From the NCBI GenBank assembly GCA_016214745.1, contig JACRNW010000001.1:1038-65037 (forward strand): a DNA stretch of 64,000 nt, in the 5' to 3' direction. Below the pieces are notes generated by a model that was not told the origin of the DNA, ran no database searches, and was given only the letters and a program-made list of their open reading frames with translations. This stretch comes from Candidatus Falkowbacteria bacterium (GTDB taxonomy: Bacteria; Patescibacteriota; Patescibacteriia; XYB2-FULL-38-15). Shown piece after piece: positions 18,995 through 26,528 of the stretch; the first letter of the stretch is position 1; each line of letters opens with the position of its first letter. Position numbers and translations under genes: made by a program.

Positions 18995-19089
18995 ATTAAT
19001 ACATTATATGCGATTATCAAAAAAATGCCAACCCCAAAATCTAAGAAAAGGTCTTGACTTGATTTTTCTCTTAAAACGTCCTAAACTAA

Positions 19090-19265
19090 GATTAATATTT
19101 ACAAAAAGGCGCGGGATTAGTATAGTGGCAGTATGCGACCTTCCCAGGCCCCCACACCAAATTCGCGAGAGTAGTTCAATGGTAGAATGCGTGCTTCCCA
19201 AGCACGAGACGGGGGTTCGATTCCCCTTTCTCGCTGATTTGGTGTAGGGGCAAGTTGAGGCGCCG
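19090..19265 (+). other. outer tRNA-Gly(CCC)-like sequence interrupted by ~105 nt that contain a complete tRNA-Gly(CCC) (probable disrupted or pseudo tRNA)
   Basis: The 5' part GCGGGAT-TA-GTAT-AGTGGCA-GTAT-G-CGACC-TTCCCA(G) is a tRNA 5' half with a CCC anticodon loop. The 3' part (A)AGTTG-AGGC-GCCGG-TTCGATT-CCGGT-ATCCCGC-T supplies a T-arm and a complementary acceptor strand. The two parts are separated by 19127..19230. Confidence 0.4.
19144..19214 (+). tRNA. tRNA-Gly (anticodon CCC)
   Basis: GCGAGAG-TA-GTTC-AATGGTA-GAAT-G-CGTGC-TTCCCAA-GCACG-AGAC-GGGGG-TTCGATT-CCCCT-TTCTCGC-T, a clean cloverleaf. It is bracketed by a 14/15-bp helix (19127..19141 pairing with 19216..19230). Confidence 0.85.
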
Positions 19266-19282
19266 GTTCGATTCCGGTATCC

Positions 19283-19424
19283 CGCTTTGAAAATACAAAT
19301 AAATTTTGGCGGAATCGAACGGGAAGGGTTTGGGAAACGGGAGTTTCCCACCTTTTCGGCGGAAAACAGTTGGGGAAAACCGCCGGTTTGCCCCAAGCGC
19401 AGTCCCGCCATGGCGGGACGAGTA
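19283..19424 (+). ncRNA. tRNA-linked structured element (copy 1) ending in a duplicate of the preceding tRNA 3' end
   Basis: TTTTGGCGGAATCGAACGGGAAGGG, hairpin GGGAAACgggaGTTTCCC, hairpin CGGCGG...CCGCCG, hairpin GCGCAGTCCCGCCATGGCGGGACGAGTAGTGAG, then ATTCCGGTATCCCGCT, which copies 19250..19265. A homologous copy lies at 28989..29120. Confidence 0.55.
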
Positions 19425-19447
19425 GTGAGATTCCGGTATCCCGCTTT

Positions 19448-19523
19448 TAAAAACTTGGCGCAATCTTTGCCGACGTAGCTCAGCCAGCAGAGCAATGCTT
19501 TCGTAAAGCAGAGGTCGTGGGTG
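19448..19523 (+). tRNA. tRNA-Thr (anticodon CGU), CCA encoded
   Basis: GCCGACG-TA-GCTC-AGCCAGCA-GAGC-A-ATGCT-TTCGTAA-AGCAG-AGGTC-GTGGG-TGCAAAT-CCCAC-CGTCGGC-T-CCA. Confidence 0.8.
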
Positions 19524-19524
19524 C

Positions 19525-19558
19525 AAATCCCACCGTCGGCTCCAGAAAACAGCAATTC
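19525..19558 (+). terminator. rho-independent terminator after tRNA-Thr
   Basis: AAAACAGCaattcatttttgaagGCTGTTTTTT. Confidence 0.55.
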
Positions 19559-19562
19559 ATTT

Positions 19563-19583
19563 TTGAAGGCTGTTTTTTGATTT
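19563..19583 (+). repeat. degenerate duplicate of tRNA-Thr 3' end
   Basis: AACTCCCACCGTCGGCTTAGG versus the tRNA 3' end AAATCCCACCGTCGGCTCCA. Confidence 0.5.
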
Positions 19584-19642
19584 AACTCCCACCGTCGGCT
19601 TAGGAAAAACGGACTTTTAGAGAAAGGCCGTTTTTCTTTTTC

Positions 19643-20653
19643 CTAAATTTTTATAAACCGCCAAATTCTTGCCTTTGCTGATTCTTCAGTCAGATAATCG
19701 TCCAAACTCTTTGTCTTTATTAAAATATGCTCCGCCCGTACTTGGATGACTTCGCCATTTTCATCTTTAACTTGCTCCGTAACTTTTATAATATGGTAAC
19801 CATAACTCGTTAAAACCAAATCGCTTGTCTCTCCGACTCCGAGAGCAAACGCCGCCGCTTCAAATTCCGGGACCATGGTTCCTCGGCCAAAATAACTCAG
19901 GTCGCCGCCATCCTCCGCAGTCGTGTCTTCACTGTATTCTTTTGCCAAATCCTCAAAACTTTTTTCTCCCCTTTTCACTTCAGCCAAAACATTTTCAGCT
20001 TTTTGTTTCGCCTCTTGGTTTAATGTCTCGTCTTTGGAAATGGCTTCCTGCAATTTTTGCTGGATTAAAAACGGCTTTAAAACTTTTTCCTTAAACTCTT
20101 CAATGCCCCAGCCGTATTGTTCTTGCAAAGTTTTTTCAACATTTTCCCTTGATTCGTCTTGAGAGACAATCTTTTCCACTTCCGCTTCCAGCTCGCTGTC
20201 TGAAACGCTCACATTATATTTTTTTGCCAATTGATAAGAAAGTTCATTTTTCAAAAGCCGATCCAAAACCTGGCTTTTAAGTTCTTGCTCGCTCGGTATC
20301 TCCGCTCCCAATTCCGCGCCCTGGCTCGCAAAAAAAGTCTTTAAAGTTTCCAGGTCATCCGCGTAATCGGAAAATCTGACCGGATGCCAATTAACAAGAG
20401 CGGCGGGATATGGCGCAACTTTGGTAATTTTTGCGACGACTTCTCCGCTCCAGCCAAAACGATAAATTCCGATGCCGAAAATTACCGCGGCTAAAACTAA
20501 AATTGAAAGCGCTCCCAAGCCAAGTCCCAAAAAGAATTTTTTCAGGCCGCCTTTTTTAGAATCAGACATTGTCTCGCCCGCGCCGGCTGTTTCGGGAATA
20601 GATTCAGAAACTTCCATCTCTTTTTCCTCGTTCTCTTTTAATGGTAAATCCAT
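19643..20653 (-). CDS. membrane-anchored parvulin-type peptidyl-prolyl isomerase (PrsA/SurA-like)
   Basis: N-terminal TM helix and a SurA_N-like helical region. The C-terminal PpiC domain reads GGDLSYFGRGTMVPEFEAAAFALGVGETSDLVLTSYGYHIIKV. Confidence 0.7.
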   Translation of the reverse strand: MDLPLKENEEKEMEVSESIPETAGAGETMSDSKKGGLKKFFLGLGLGALSILVLAAVIFGIGIYRFGWSGEVVAKITKVAPYPAALVNWHPVRFSDYADDLETLKTFFASQGAELGAEIPSEQELKSQVLDRLLKNELSYQLAKKYNVSVSDSELEAEVEKIVSQDESRENVEKTLQEQYGWGIEEFKEKVLKPFLIQQKLQEAISKDETLNQEAKQKAENVLAEVKRGEKSFEDLAKEYSEDTTAEDGGDLSYFGRGTMVPEFEAAAFALGVGETSDLVLTSYGYHIIKVTEQVKDENGEVIQVRAEHILIKTKSLDDYLTEESAKARIWRFIKI

Positions 20654-20666
20654 AAATTTTGGCTAT

Positions 20667-20778
20667 CTACAAATTACGAATTTTGATACAAATATACAAA
20701 TTCCTTCTGACGCGTTAATTCACCAAAAAATGTTCTTGGCCGTTATTTGTATATTTGTAAATGATTTGTAATTTGTAG
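20667..20778. repeat. MITE-like palindromic intergenic element, family 1 copy R1 (~112 bp: ~35-bp inverted arms + conserved ~45-bp core)
   Basis: Left arm CTACAAATTACGAATTTTGATACAAATATACAAAT. Right arm ATTTGTATATTTGTAAATGATTTGTAATTTGTAG. Core ...GACGCGTTAAT...AAATGTTCTT...GTT. About 80% identical to 55051..55160. Confidence 0.6.
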
Positions 20779-20788
20779 TAATATTTAT

Positions 20789-21178
20789 TTAACTTTTAAA
20801 AAAATAATTCCACCACTTTTCCGGATTGCCGGAGGCCGTCTCTTCTCCCGCGTCTCCCGCGCCGCCATTCGCCTCTTTTTCATCTCTTGCCGGAATAATC
20901 ACGACTGATTCGCCGGGTTTTTGCAAATTAAATTTCAGCCGGGCCTCCTGCTCTAAAAAATCATCCGTCCCCAAAAAATTCAAAAAACTTCCGAGTTCTT
21001 CATTCTTTGTTTCAAGCCGCGCGATTTCATCCTGCGCCGACTTTATTTCTTCATCAATTTCCCGGCTCTCTAAAAACTTTTTTCCAAAAGAAAAAATCAA
21101 AAAGCCCAAAACGATGAGGCCCAAAAATAAAAAAAGTTTTGAAGCAAGAAATCGCTTGGCCGAAAATGGCTTCTTCAT
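20789..21178 (-). CDS. septum formation initiator family protein (FtsB/DivIC-like)
   Basis: N-terminal TM helix, then the coiled coil EIDEEIKSAQDEIARLETKNEEL. Confidence 0.55.
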   Translation of the reverse strand: MKKPFSAKRFLASKLFLFLGLIVLGFLIFSFGKKFLESREIDEEIKSAQDEIARLETKNEELGSFLNFLGTDDFLEQEARLKFNLQKPGESVVIIPARDEKEANGGAGDAGEETASGNPEKWWNYFFKS

Positions 21179-21202
21179 AAAACCTCTTACGAAGTAATTA
21201 TA

Positions 21203-21919
21203 TCAATTTTTTCCGCCTGCGTCGACCCCACGAAAATTATCTCGGTTAAAATTCTTCAGCTGTTCTAATTTTTTTAATTTTATCTGCCGCAATTTATTTC
21301 TCACCAAACCGTCCAGTTCCTCAAGCTGTTTTTCGTCAAGATCTTCAATGCTTTTTTTAATAATATTAAATTGTTCGGCGTTTGGCGGCGGAACTCGTAA
21401 ATCCAGCATGCCGTCCGGCCTGCGCTTTTCTAGATGCGAAAGGTCGGCGATTAACTGCTGGACGCTTTCCGGAGAACGGACATTTTTTATTTCAAGTCCG
21501 ATGTCTGTTCCCGCGGCCGCTATTCTCACGTCGCCGTAGCGAAAGATTGTCTGCCAAATTCCTTTTCGACGATATGAAACATCTTGAATTTTTTCGTAAA
21601 CCGCTTCGGAAACAATCCGTTCAAAAAATCCGCGCTGGTCAATATCAACAACCCGACAATTTGTGATGATGAAGGCGTTGTAATACCAACTGACAAAAGT
21701 TTGGACGGCATAAATTATGCCAAGTATGATGGGAAAAAGAAAAAGAACCACGCCCCAATAACCCCACTTGAAAAGCGGAAAAATAAAAAAGAAAGGTAAA
21801 ATCAAAAGCAAAAACACGGCCAAAATTTTCGGCCAAAAAGTCAAGCCAAAGTGGCGGACAACGACGACCACTTCTTCTCCGGCTTTCGGATTTATTTTTT
21901 TGATGATAAGATCTTCCAT
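21203..21919 (-). CDS. membrane protein with bacterial PH (bPH_2/YdbT-like) domain
   Basis: Two TM helices flank the region RVVDIDQRGFFERIVSEAVYEKIQDVSYRRKGIWQTIFRYGDVRI. Confidence 0.5.
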   Translation of the reverse strand: MEDLIIKKINPKAGEEVVVVVRHFGLTFWPKILAVFLLLILPFFFIFPLFKWGYWGVVLFLFPIILGIIYAVQTFVSWYYNAFIITNCRVVDIDQRGFFERIVSEAVYEKIQDVSYRRKGIWQTIFRYGDVRIAAAGTDIGLEIKNVRSPESVQQLIADLSHLEKRRPDGMLDLRVPPPNAEQFNIIKKSIEDLDEKQLEELDGLVRNKLRQIKLKKLEQLKNFNRDNFRGVDAGGKN

Positions 21920-21930
21920 CTCAAATAAAA

Positions 21931-22281
21931 TTAAAAACTCATTCTGTCTTTATAGTCTCTAAAAATTTTATTTAACTTTTCAACTTCTTCCGCGCTAAAG
22001 TCTGCATCGTAGGAAATGCCATGCTTTTCACAAAAAGCGACTAAACTTTCAATTTCCCGATAATCACCATGGCGGCGAACTTTATCTTTTAATACTTCAC
22101 GAATAACCTGGCCAACTTCCGCAGAAACCCCCTCCTTCTTTAAATCATTAATTATCGTTTCTATTTCCTCTACGGTCAACGGATACTCCGCAAATTTATA
22201 TCTTAGAGTTTCTTCCAATATTGTTTCCCCAGTCACGGTTCTTTCTTTTCCGTCAAATCCACGGCGCGTATATTCTGCCAT
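21931..22281 (-). CDS. hypothetical protein
   Basis: 116-aa ORF with compact spacing within the operon. Confidence 0.4.
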   Translation of the reverse strand: MAEYTRRGFDGKERTVTGETILEETLRYKFAEYPLTVEEIETIINDLKKEGVSAEVGQVIREVLKDKVRRHGDYREIESLVAFCEKHGISYDADFSAEEVEKLNKIFRDYKDRMSF

Positions 22282-22285
22282 AAAA

Positions 22286-23599
22286 TTAAAATTTATTTTT
22301 TAAAATTTCCCTGACTTTTTCCCGGTCATCCCAGGGAATTTTTTTATTGTCGACCACGCAGATCGCTTGTTCCGATCCTTTACCGGTAATTATTACCAAA
22401 TCATTTTCGCGAGCAAGGCCGAGCGCTTTGGCGATTGCTTCGCCGCGGTCCAAAATTTTAAATAAATTCACTCCATCTTGTTTGCCAGCAGCTCCAGCCG
22501 CCACTTGATTTATAATTTCCATCGGATTTTCATCATACGGATCTTCGTTCGTAATTATAACATAATCAGCATTTTCCGCGGAGATTCCACCAAGAATCGT
22601 CCGACGAGATTTATCGCGGCCGCCGCCGGCTGAACCAAGAACATGAATTATTTTTGCTCCACTAACTATGAACTGTAAACTATGAACCGTCTTGTACAAT
22701 TGCCTCATTGATTCCGGCTCTGGCGCGTAATCAACTAAAACTTTAAAATTCTGTCCTTCGTCAATAAATTCCATTCTGCCCGGGACTCCGCGAACTTTTT
22801 CTAACACTGACGAGATCGTGTCTAATGTCAAACCTTGCGACAATCCGACCGCCACTGCGGCTAAAACATTATAAACATTAAACTCGCCTAACAAATTTAA
22901 ATGAAACAGCACGCCGCGAACCGTGAAGTCCACGCCATTACTTCCGAGCGCTACATTTTCCGCCCGAACATCCGATTGATTTTTTATTCCATATTTAATT
23001 TTTTCATCTGCTGAAAATTCCGCGAAATATTTTGCGTGTTCATCGTCAAGATTTACCACGCTAACTTTATTTATTTTTTTTCCGTCAATCATTTTTCGCG
23101 GCTTAGCCGTCAAATGCTGGAAAAATTTTCCTTTTGCCTTTTTATAATTTTCAAAACCGCCATGCGCTTCAATGTGTTCCGGCGTTAAATTGGTAAAAAC
23201 CGCCACGTCGTAATTTACGCCAAGATGACGAAATTGTTCCACGCCTTGCGATGAAGTTTCAATTATTGCATACCGGCAGCCAGCCGCGACCATCTGCCGC
23301 AATAATTTTTGCAGAGCAAACCGGCCGAGCATAGTCATCTTTTTTTTATTCAAACATTCTTCGCCCGCCACTTTAAAACCAACCGTGGAAGTCGCGCCGA
23401 CTTTAAAACCAGCACCTTCAAACATTTTAGCGATTAGATGAACCGTGGTTGATTTTCCGTTCGTGCCCGTCACACCGATCACAATTAACTTATTTGACGG
23501 AAAACCATAAAAAATATTCGCCGCCAAAGCTAAAAGTTTGTGGTACCACCCGAGCAAAAACCCCGGAATAAATTTTTTGATTATTTCTTTTATGCTCAT
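22286..23599 (-). CDS. Mur ligase family protein, MurE-like (UDP-MurNAc-tripeptide synthetase-like) lacking the usual N-terminal domain
   Basis: VIGVTGTNGKSTT P-loop and the C-terminal YVIITNEDPYDENP (DNPR-type motif). It overlaps the murD stop by 4 nt. Confidence 0.65.
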   Translation of the reverse strand: MSIKEIIKKFIPGFLLGWYHKLLALAANIFYGFPSNKLIVIGVTGTNGKSTTVHLIAKMFEGAGFKVGATSTVGFKVAGEECLNKKKMTMLGRFALQKLLRQMVAAGCRYAIIETSSQGVEQFRHLGVNYDVAVFTNLTPEHIEAHGGFENYKKAKGKFFQHLTAKPRKMIDGKKINKVSVVNLDDEHAKYFAEFSADEKIKYGIKNQSDVRAENVALGSNGVDFTVRGVLFHLNLLGEFNVYNVLAAVAVGLSQGLTLDTISSVLEKVRGVPGRMEFIDEGQNFKVLVDYAPEPESMRQLYKTVHSLQFIVSGAKIIHVLGSAGGGRDKSRRTILGGISAENADYVIITNEDPYDENPMEIINQVAAGAAGKQDGVNLFKILDRGEAIAKALGLARENDLVIITGKGSEQAICVVDNKKIPWDDREKVREILKNKF

Positions 23600-24936
23600 T
23601 TTATTTTTTTAACTTCTTTCAAAAATTTGTCTCCGCGCTCAAATTCATTTTTAAACATCCCAAAACTAGCAGCCGATGGTGATAGAAGCACCACATCGCC
23701 GCGCGCGGCAAATTTCCGCGCAGTTTTTACGGCTTCTGACATACTGCGAACGACAGTAATTGGTAATTGGTAATTAGTGATTAGTAATTGTTTTTGGAGT
23801 TTTGGCGTGGCCGTACCACTTAGAAGCACGACTGCTTTGGCGTATTTTTTAATCACCGGCGCCAAATTTTTAAAATTCAAATTTTTATCCGCCCCGCCGC
23901 AAATTAAAATATTTTTTTTACCACCTATAGCACGCAACGCTGCAATCGTCGCTTCGGGCATGGTTGAAGTCGTGTCGTTATAATATTTCACGCCGCCGAT
24001 TTCGCGCACAAATTCCAATCGTCCAGGCACGGCTCCAAGATTCTCCACTATTTTTTTTATTTTCACGGCTGGGATGTCTAAAATTTTTCCTACCGCCATG
24101 GCCGCGGCAATATTTTCCAAATTATGTTCTCCTAAAATTTTCAGATTCCATTCGCGCGGTACGTCGCCCGCAGAAAACCAAATTACTTTTCCTTTTGCTT
24201 TCTTCGCAAATTTCCGGCACCACGCACAATTTTTATTTAAAACTAAAAAATCATTTTTTGTTTGATTTGTAAAAATCGCTTCTTTATCATGGACATATTT
24301 TGCCATGCTGTTTTTATAATAATTCTGGTGGTCGGGATAAATATTAGTCACGACGGAAATACGCGGACTAATTCCAAGGTCACGCCAACCCTGAAGTTGC
24401 CAACTGGAAAGTTCCAAAACAACGAAATCATTTTTTTTAACTTTTTCCAAAAGCGGAAGCGTCGCCATTCCGCGGACATTTCCGCCGAAATATGTTTTTT
24501 TACCGGTTGTTTTTGTAATTTCATAAATTAAATTTGAGGTCGTTGTTTTCCCGCGCGTTCCGGTAATGCCGATAATTTTACACTCCGCCTCGCGAGCAAA
24601 TAACGCATCATCCATAAAAATCGGCACGCCGTTTTTCTTTGCCTCGGCGATAAACGGCGAATCAAGCGGCACACCCGCAGCTTTAAAAACCATGTCCACA
24701 TTTTTAAAATCTTCCGGCCGATGTTTGCCTAAAATAAATTTTATTGGATGCGCCCATTTTTTATTTTTTAAAAAATTCTTTATTTCCCGGATCGATGATG
24801 CTAAGTCTTTTGCACTTTTTAAATCTGTCACTGTTAACCGCGCGCCCTTTCCCGCCAAATATTTAACAATTCCAATCCCCCGGCCCAGAAGGCCGAGTCC
24901 CATCACCGTTATTTTTTTGTCACGAAAATTGATCAT
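23596..24936 (-). CDS. murD: UDP-N-acetylmuramoylalanine--D-glutamate ligase
   Basis: N-terminal Rossmann motif ITVMGLGLLGRG, IIGITGTRGKTTT and C-terminal GDVVLLSPSAASFGMFKNEFERG. Confidence 0.85.
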   Translation of the reverse strand: MINFRDKKITVMGLGLLGRGIGIVKYLAGKGARLTVTDLKSAKDLASSIREIKNFLKNKKWAHPIKFILGKHRPEDFKNVDMVFKAAGVPLDSPFIAEAKKNGVPIFMDDALFAREAECKIIGITGTRGKTTTSNLIYEITKTTGKKTYFGGNVRGMATLPLLEKVKKNDFVVLELSSWQLQGWRDLGISPRISVVTNIYPDHQNYYKNSMAKYVHDKEAIFTNQTKNDFLVLNKNCAWCRKFAKKAKGKVIWFSAGDVPREWNLKILGEHNLENIAAAMAVGKILDIPAVKIKKIVENLGAVPGRLEFVREIGGVKYYNDTTSTMPEATIAALRAIGGKKNILICGGADKNLNFKNLAPVIKKYAKAVVLLSGTATPKLQKQLLITNYQLPITVVRSMSEAVKTARKFAARGDVVLLSPSAASFGMFKNEFERGDKFLKEVKKIK

Positions 24937-24937
24937 T

Positions 24938-25438
24938 TTACTTAAACAAATAAAGCCCGCCGCCCGTTATTAACCCAACAATAATTCCCGCTATTATAAC
25001 GCCAATCGCGATTAGAATCAAGGCGCGCCGCGGCGGAATGCCAAAAAGAAAAGCGGCCACGGCTCCGGACCAGGCGCCAGTCAAGGGCAAGGGAATCGCC
25101 ACAAAAATTACGAGCGCCAAATTTATGCCGTATTTTAAAATTCCGTCTTCAAATTTGCGGCGCACGCGATTAAACCACCAGTTAAAAAATCGCCGGGCCA
25201 AGCCCCAATGTTTCATCAAAAAATCCACTACCGGTTTTATAAGATAAACAATGAAAAAAATCGGCACCATGTTGCCGAGCACCGACCAAAGAAACGCCGA
25301 CCAAAAAGACATTCCGTAAACTAAAAGCGCGACCGGCAACGCCACGCGCAATTCAGCGATGGGAATCATGGCGACGAGAGCCGTCGCCGCCTCGGGCGGA
25401 AAATTTTTAAATATTTCTGCGTAATTTATTCCGAACAT
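24938..25438 (-). CDS. putative small multidrug-export-like membrane protein (PF06695-like; low-confidence family call)
   Basis: 166 aa, 4 TM helices, IPIAELRVALPVAL motif. Confidence 0.4.
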   Translation of the reverse strand: MFGINYAEIFKNFPPEAATALVAMIPIAELRVALPVALLVYGMSFWSAFLWSVLGNMVPIFFIVYLIKPVVDFLMKHWGLARRFFNWWFNRVRRKFEDGILKYGINLALVIFVAIPLPLTGAWSGAVAAFLFGIPPRRALILIAIGVIIAGIIVGLITGGGLYLFK

Positions 25439-25441
25439 ATT

Positions 25442-25855
25442 TTACAATTTTAACAAAAACTCATTTGCTTTTTCCAAAACCTTTTTCCCATTTTGAAAAG
25501 TAATTTGTTCCATAGCCTCCGCGTAAGGCAACCACTTAAAATCAATATGCTCATCGGAAAGTTTTACCCCTTCTGTTTTTGTTTCCGCTAAATAAAAAAT
25601 TGCTTCTTTATAAATTGTTTTTCCTTCTTTTTTATAAAACCAAAAAATTTTCTCCCTAAAACTGGGGAGAAAAATCAAATCAGTAATTCCCGTTTCTTCA
25701 TTTGCTTCTCTCCGCACCGTCTCTTCTTCTTTTTCTCCAAGTTCAATCGCTCCCCGCGGAAAATCCCAGTGGCCTGATTCGTAACGTAAAAGCAAATATT
25801 TAATTTCGCCGTCTCGTCTAAAGATTACGGCGCCGGCGGAAATTTCTTTTGGCAT
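25442..25855 (-). CDS. NUDIX hydrolase
   Basis: The Nudix box RGAIELGEKEEETVRREANEETGI fits Gx5Ex7REUxEExGU. Confidence 0.75.
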   Translation of the reverse strand: MPKEISAGAVIFRRDGEIKYLLLRYESGHWDFPRGAIELGEKEEETVRREANEETGITDLIFLPSFREKIFWFYKKEGKTIYKEAIFYLAETKTEGVKLSDEHIDFKWLPYAEAMEQITFQNGKKVLEKANEFLLKL

Positions 25856-25880
25856 ATTTTTCTTTATTTATATTTTCCCC

Positions 25881-26453
25881 CTACTCTCTCATTTTCACGT
25901 CGTAAAGTATTTCTTCAGCGCGCCGCAGATTTTGTTTGGCCTGATCATATTTTGTCCGCAAATATCCGGTCAAATTCATTTTAATCAATTCACCGATAAC
26001 GTCGCGAACACCGGCTACAAACTCCTCAACTTTTTTAAATTTTTTCTCCGTGGCCGCAAGAACCGTCTTCCGAACAAGTTCACCAGTAAAATCACAAAGT
26101 CCACCCAAATAACTGTCGGCGTCAATTTCCATTCCCTTGATAAAATCTATTTTCCCGTCTTCTAAAAACCGGCCAAAAAATTTTGCCTCCACGTATTCTT
26201 CAAGCGCCGCCCGATATGCCCCCTCATAGCGCAACTCCGGTTCTTGTTTAGATTTCTTTTCCAAATCTTGAAAAATCACCTCCACTTCGGCGAGTAATGC
26301 ATTACCACCTTTTAAATCGTCCCGATGAAAAGCAAAAATCGCCTGCTTGGCCCTCATCAATGCTTCATTGGAAACACCGATTAATTTTCTTCTTTCCTCT
26401 CCGTAAAATTCAAAATCTTTTTTTAACTGCTGAAATAATTTTTGGTTAATCAT
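25881..26453 (-). CDS. translin-family protein (bacterial/archaeal translin-like)
   Basis: DSYLGGLCDFTGELVR and the C-terminal YDQAKQNLRRAEEILYDV resemble the translin motifs EDYLGGVLDLTGEL and RYDGLKYDVKKVEEVVYD. The match is recalled from memory. Confidence 0.5.
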   Translation of the reverse strand: MINQKLFQQLKKDFEFYGEERRKLIGVSNEALMRAKQAIFAFHRDDLKGGNALLAEVEVIFQDLEKKSKQEPELRYEGAYRAALEEYVEAKFFGRFLEDGKIDFIKGMEIDADSYLGGLCDFTGELVRKTVLAATEKKFKKVEEFVAGVRDVIGELIKMNLTGYLRTKYDQAKQNLRRAEEILYDVKMRE

Positions 26454-26459
26454 ATATCT

Positions 26460-26525
26460 CTACGAATTACAAATTATTTACAAATGTACAAATTTGTATA
26501 TTTGTATTTGATTCGTAATTTGTAG
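26460..26525. repeat. palindromic element, family 1 short copy R3 (arms only, no core)
   Basis: CTACGAATTACAAATTATTTACAAATGTACAAAT directly abuts its inverted partner ATTTGTATATTTGTATTTGATTCGTAATTTGTAG. Confidence 0.55.
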
Positions 26526-26528
26526 TAA

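Noticed and set aside
19090-19265. Calling the outer Gly-like sequence a functional intron-containing tRNA
   Set aside because: The anticodon stem of the outer halves pairs only 4/5 with a mismatch. I cannot run covariance models, so it is reported as a tRNA-like or pseudo-tRNA structure, not as a gene.
19004-19555. ORF-track frames (183 aa, 116 aa, 79 aa, 63 aa) spanning the tRNA/element cluster
   Set aside because: They overlap well-folded tRNA-Gly and tRNA-Thr and the structured repeats. Their amino-acid composition is Arg/Gly-rich as expected from reading GC-rich RNA genes, and they have no start context.
23755-23805. TAATTGGTAATTAG-type repeat resembling the family-2 palindromic element
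   Set aside because: It lies inside the murD reading frame and translates sensibly (..LLITNYQLPITVV..) as the linker before the conserved C-terminal GDVVLLSP motif. It is probably a coding segment or oligonucleotide bias, not an inserted element.
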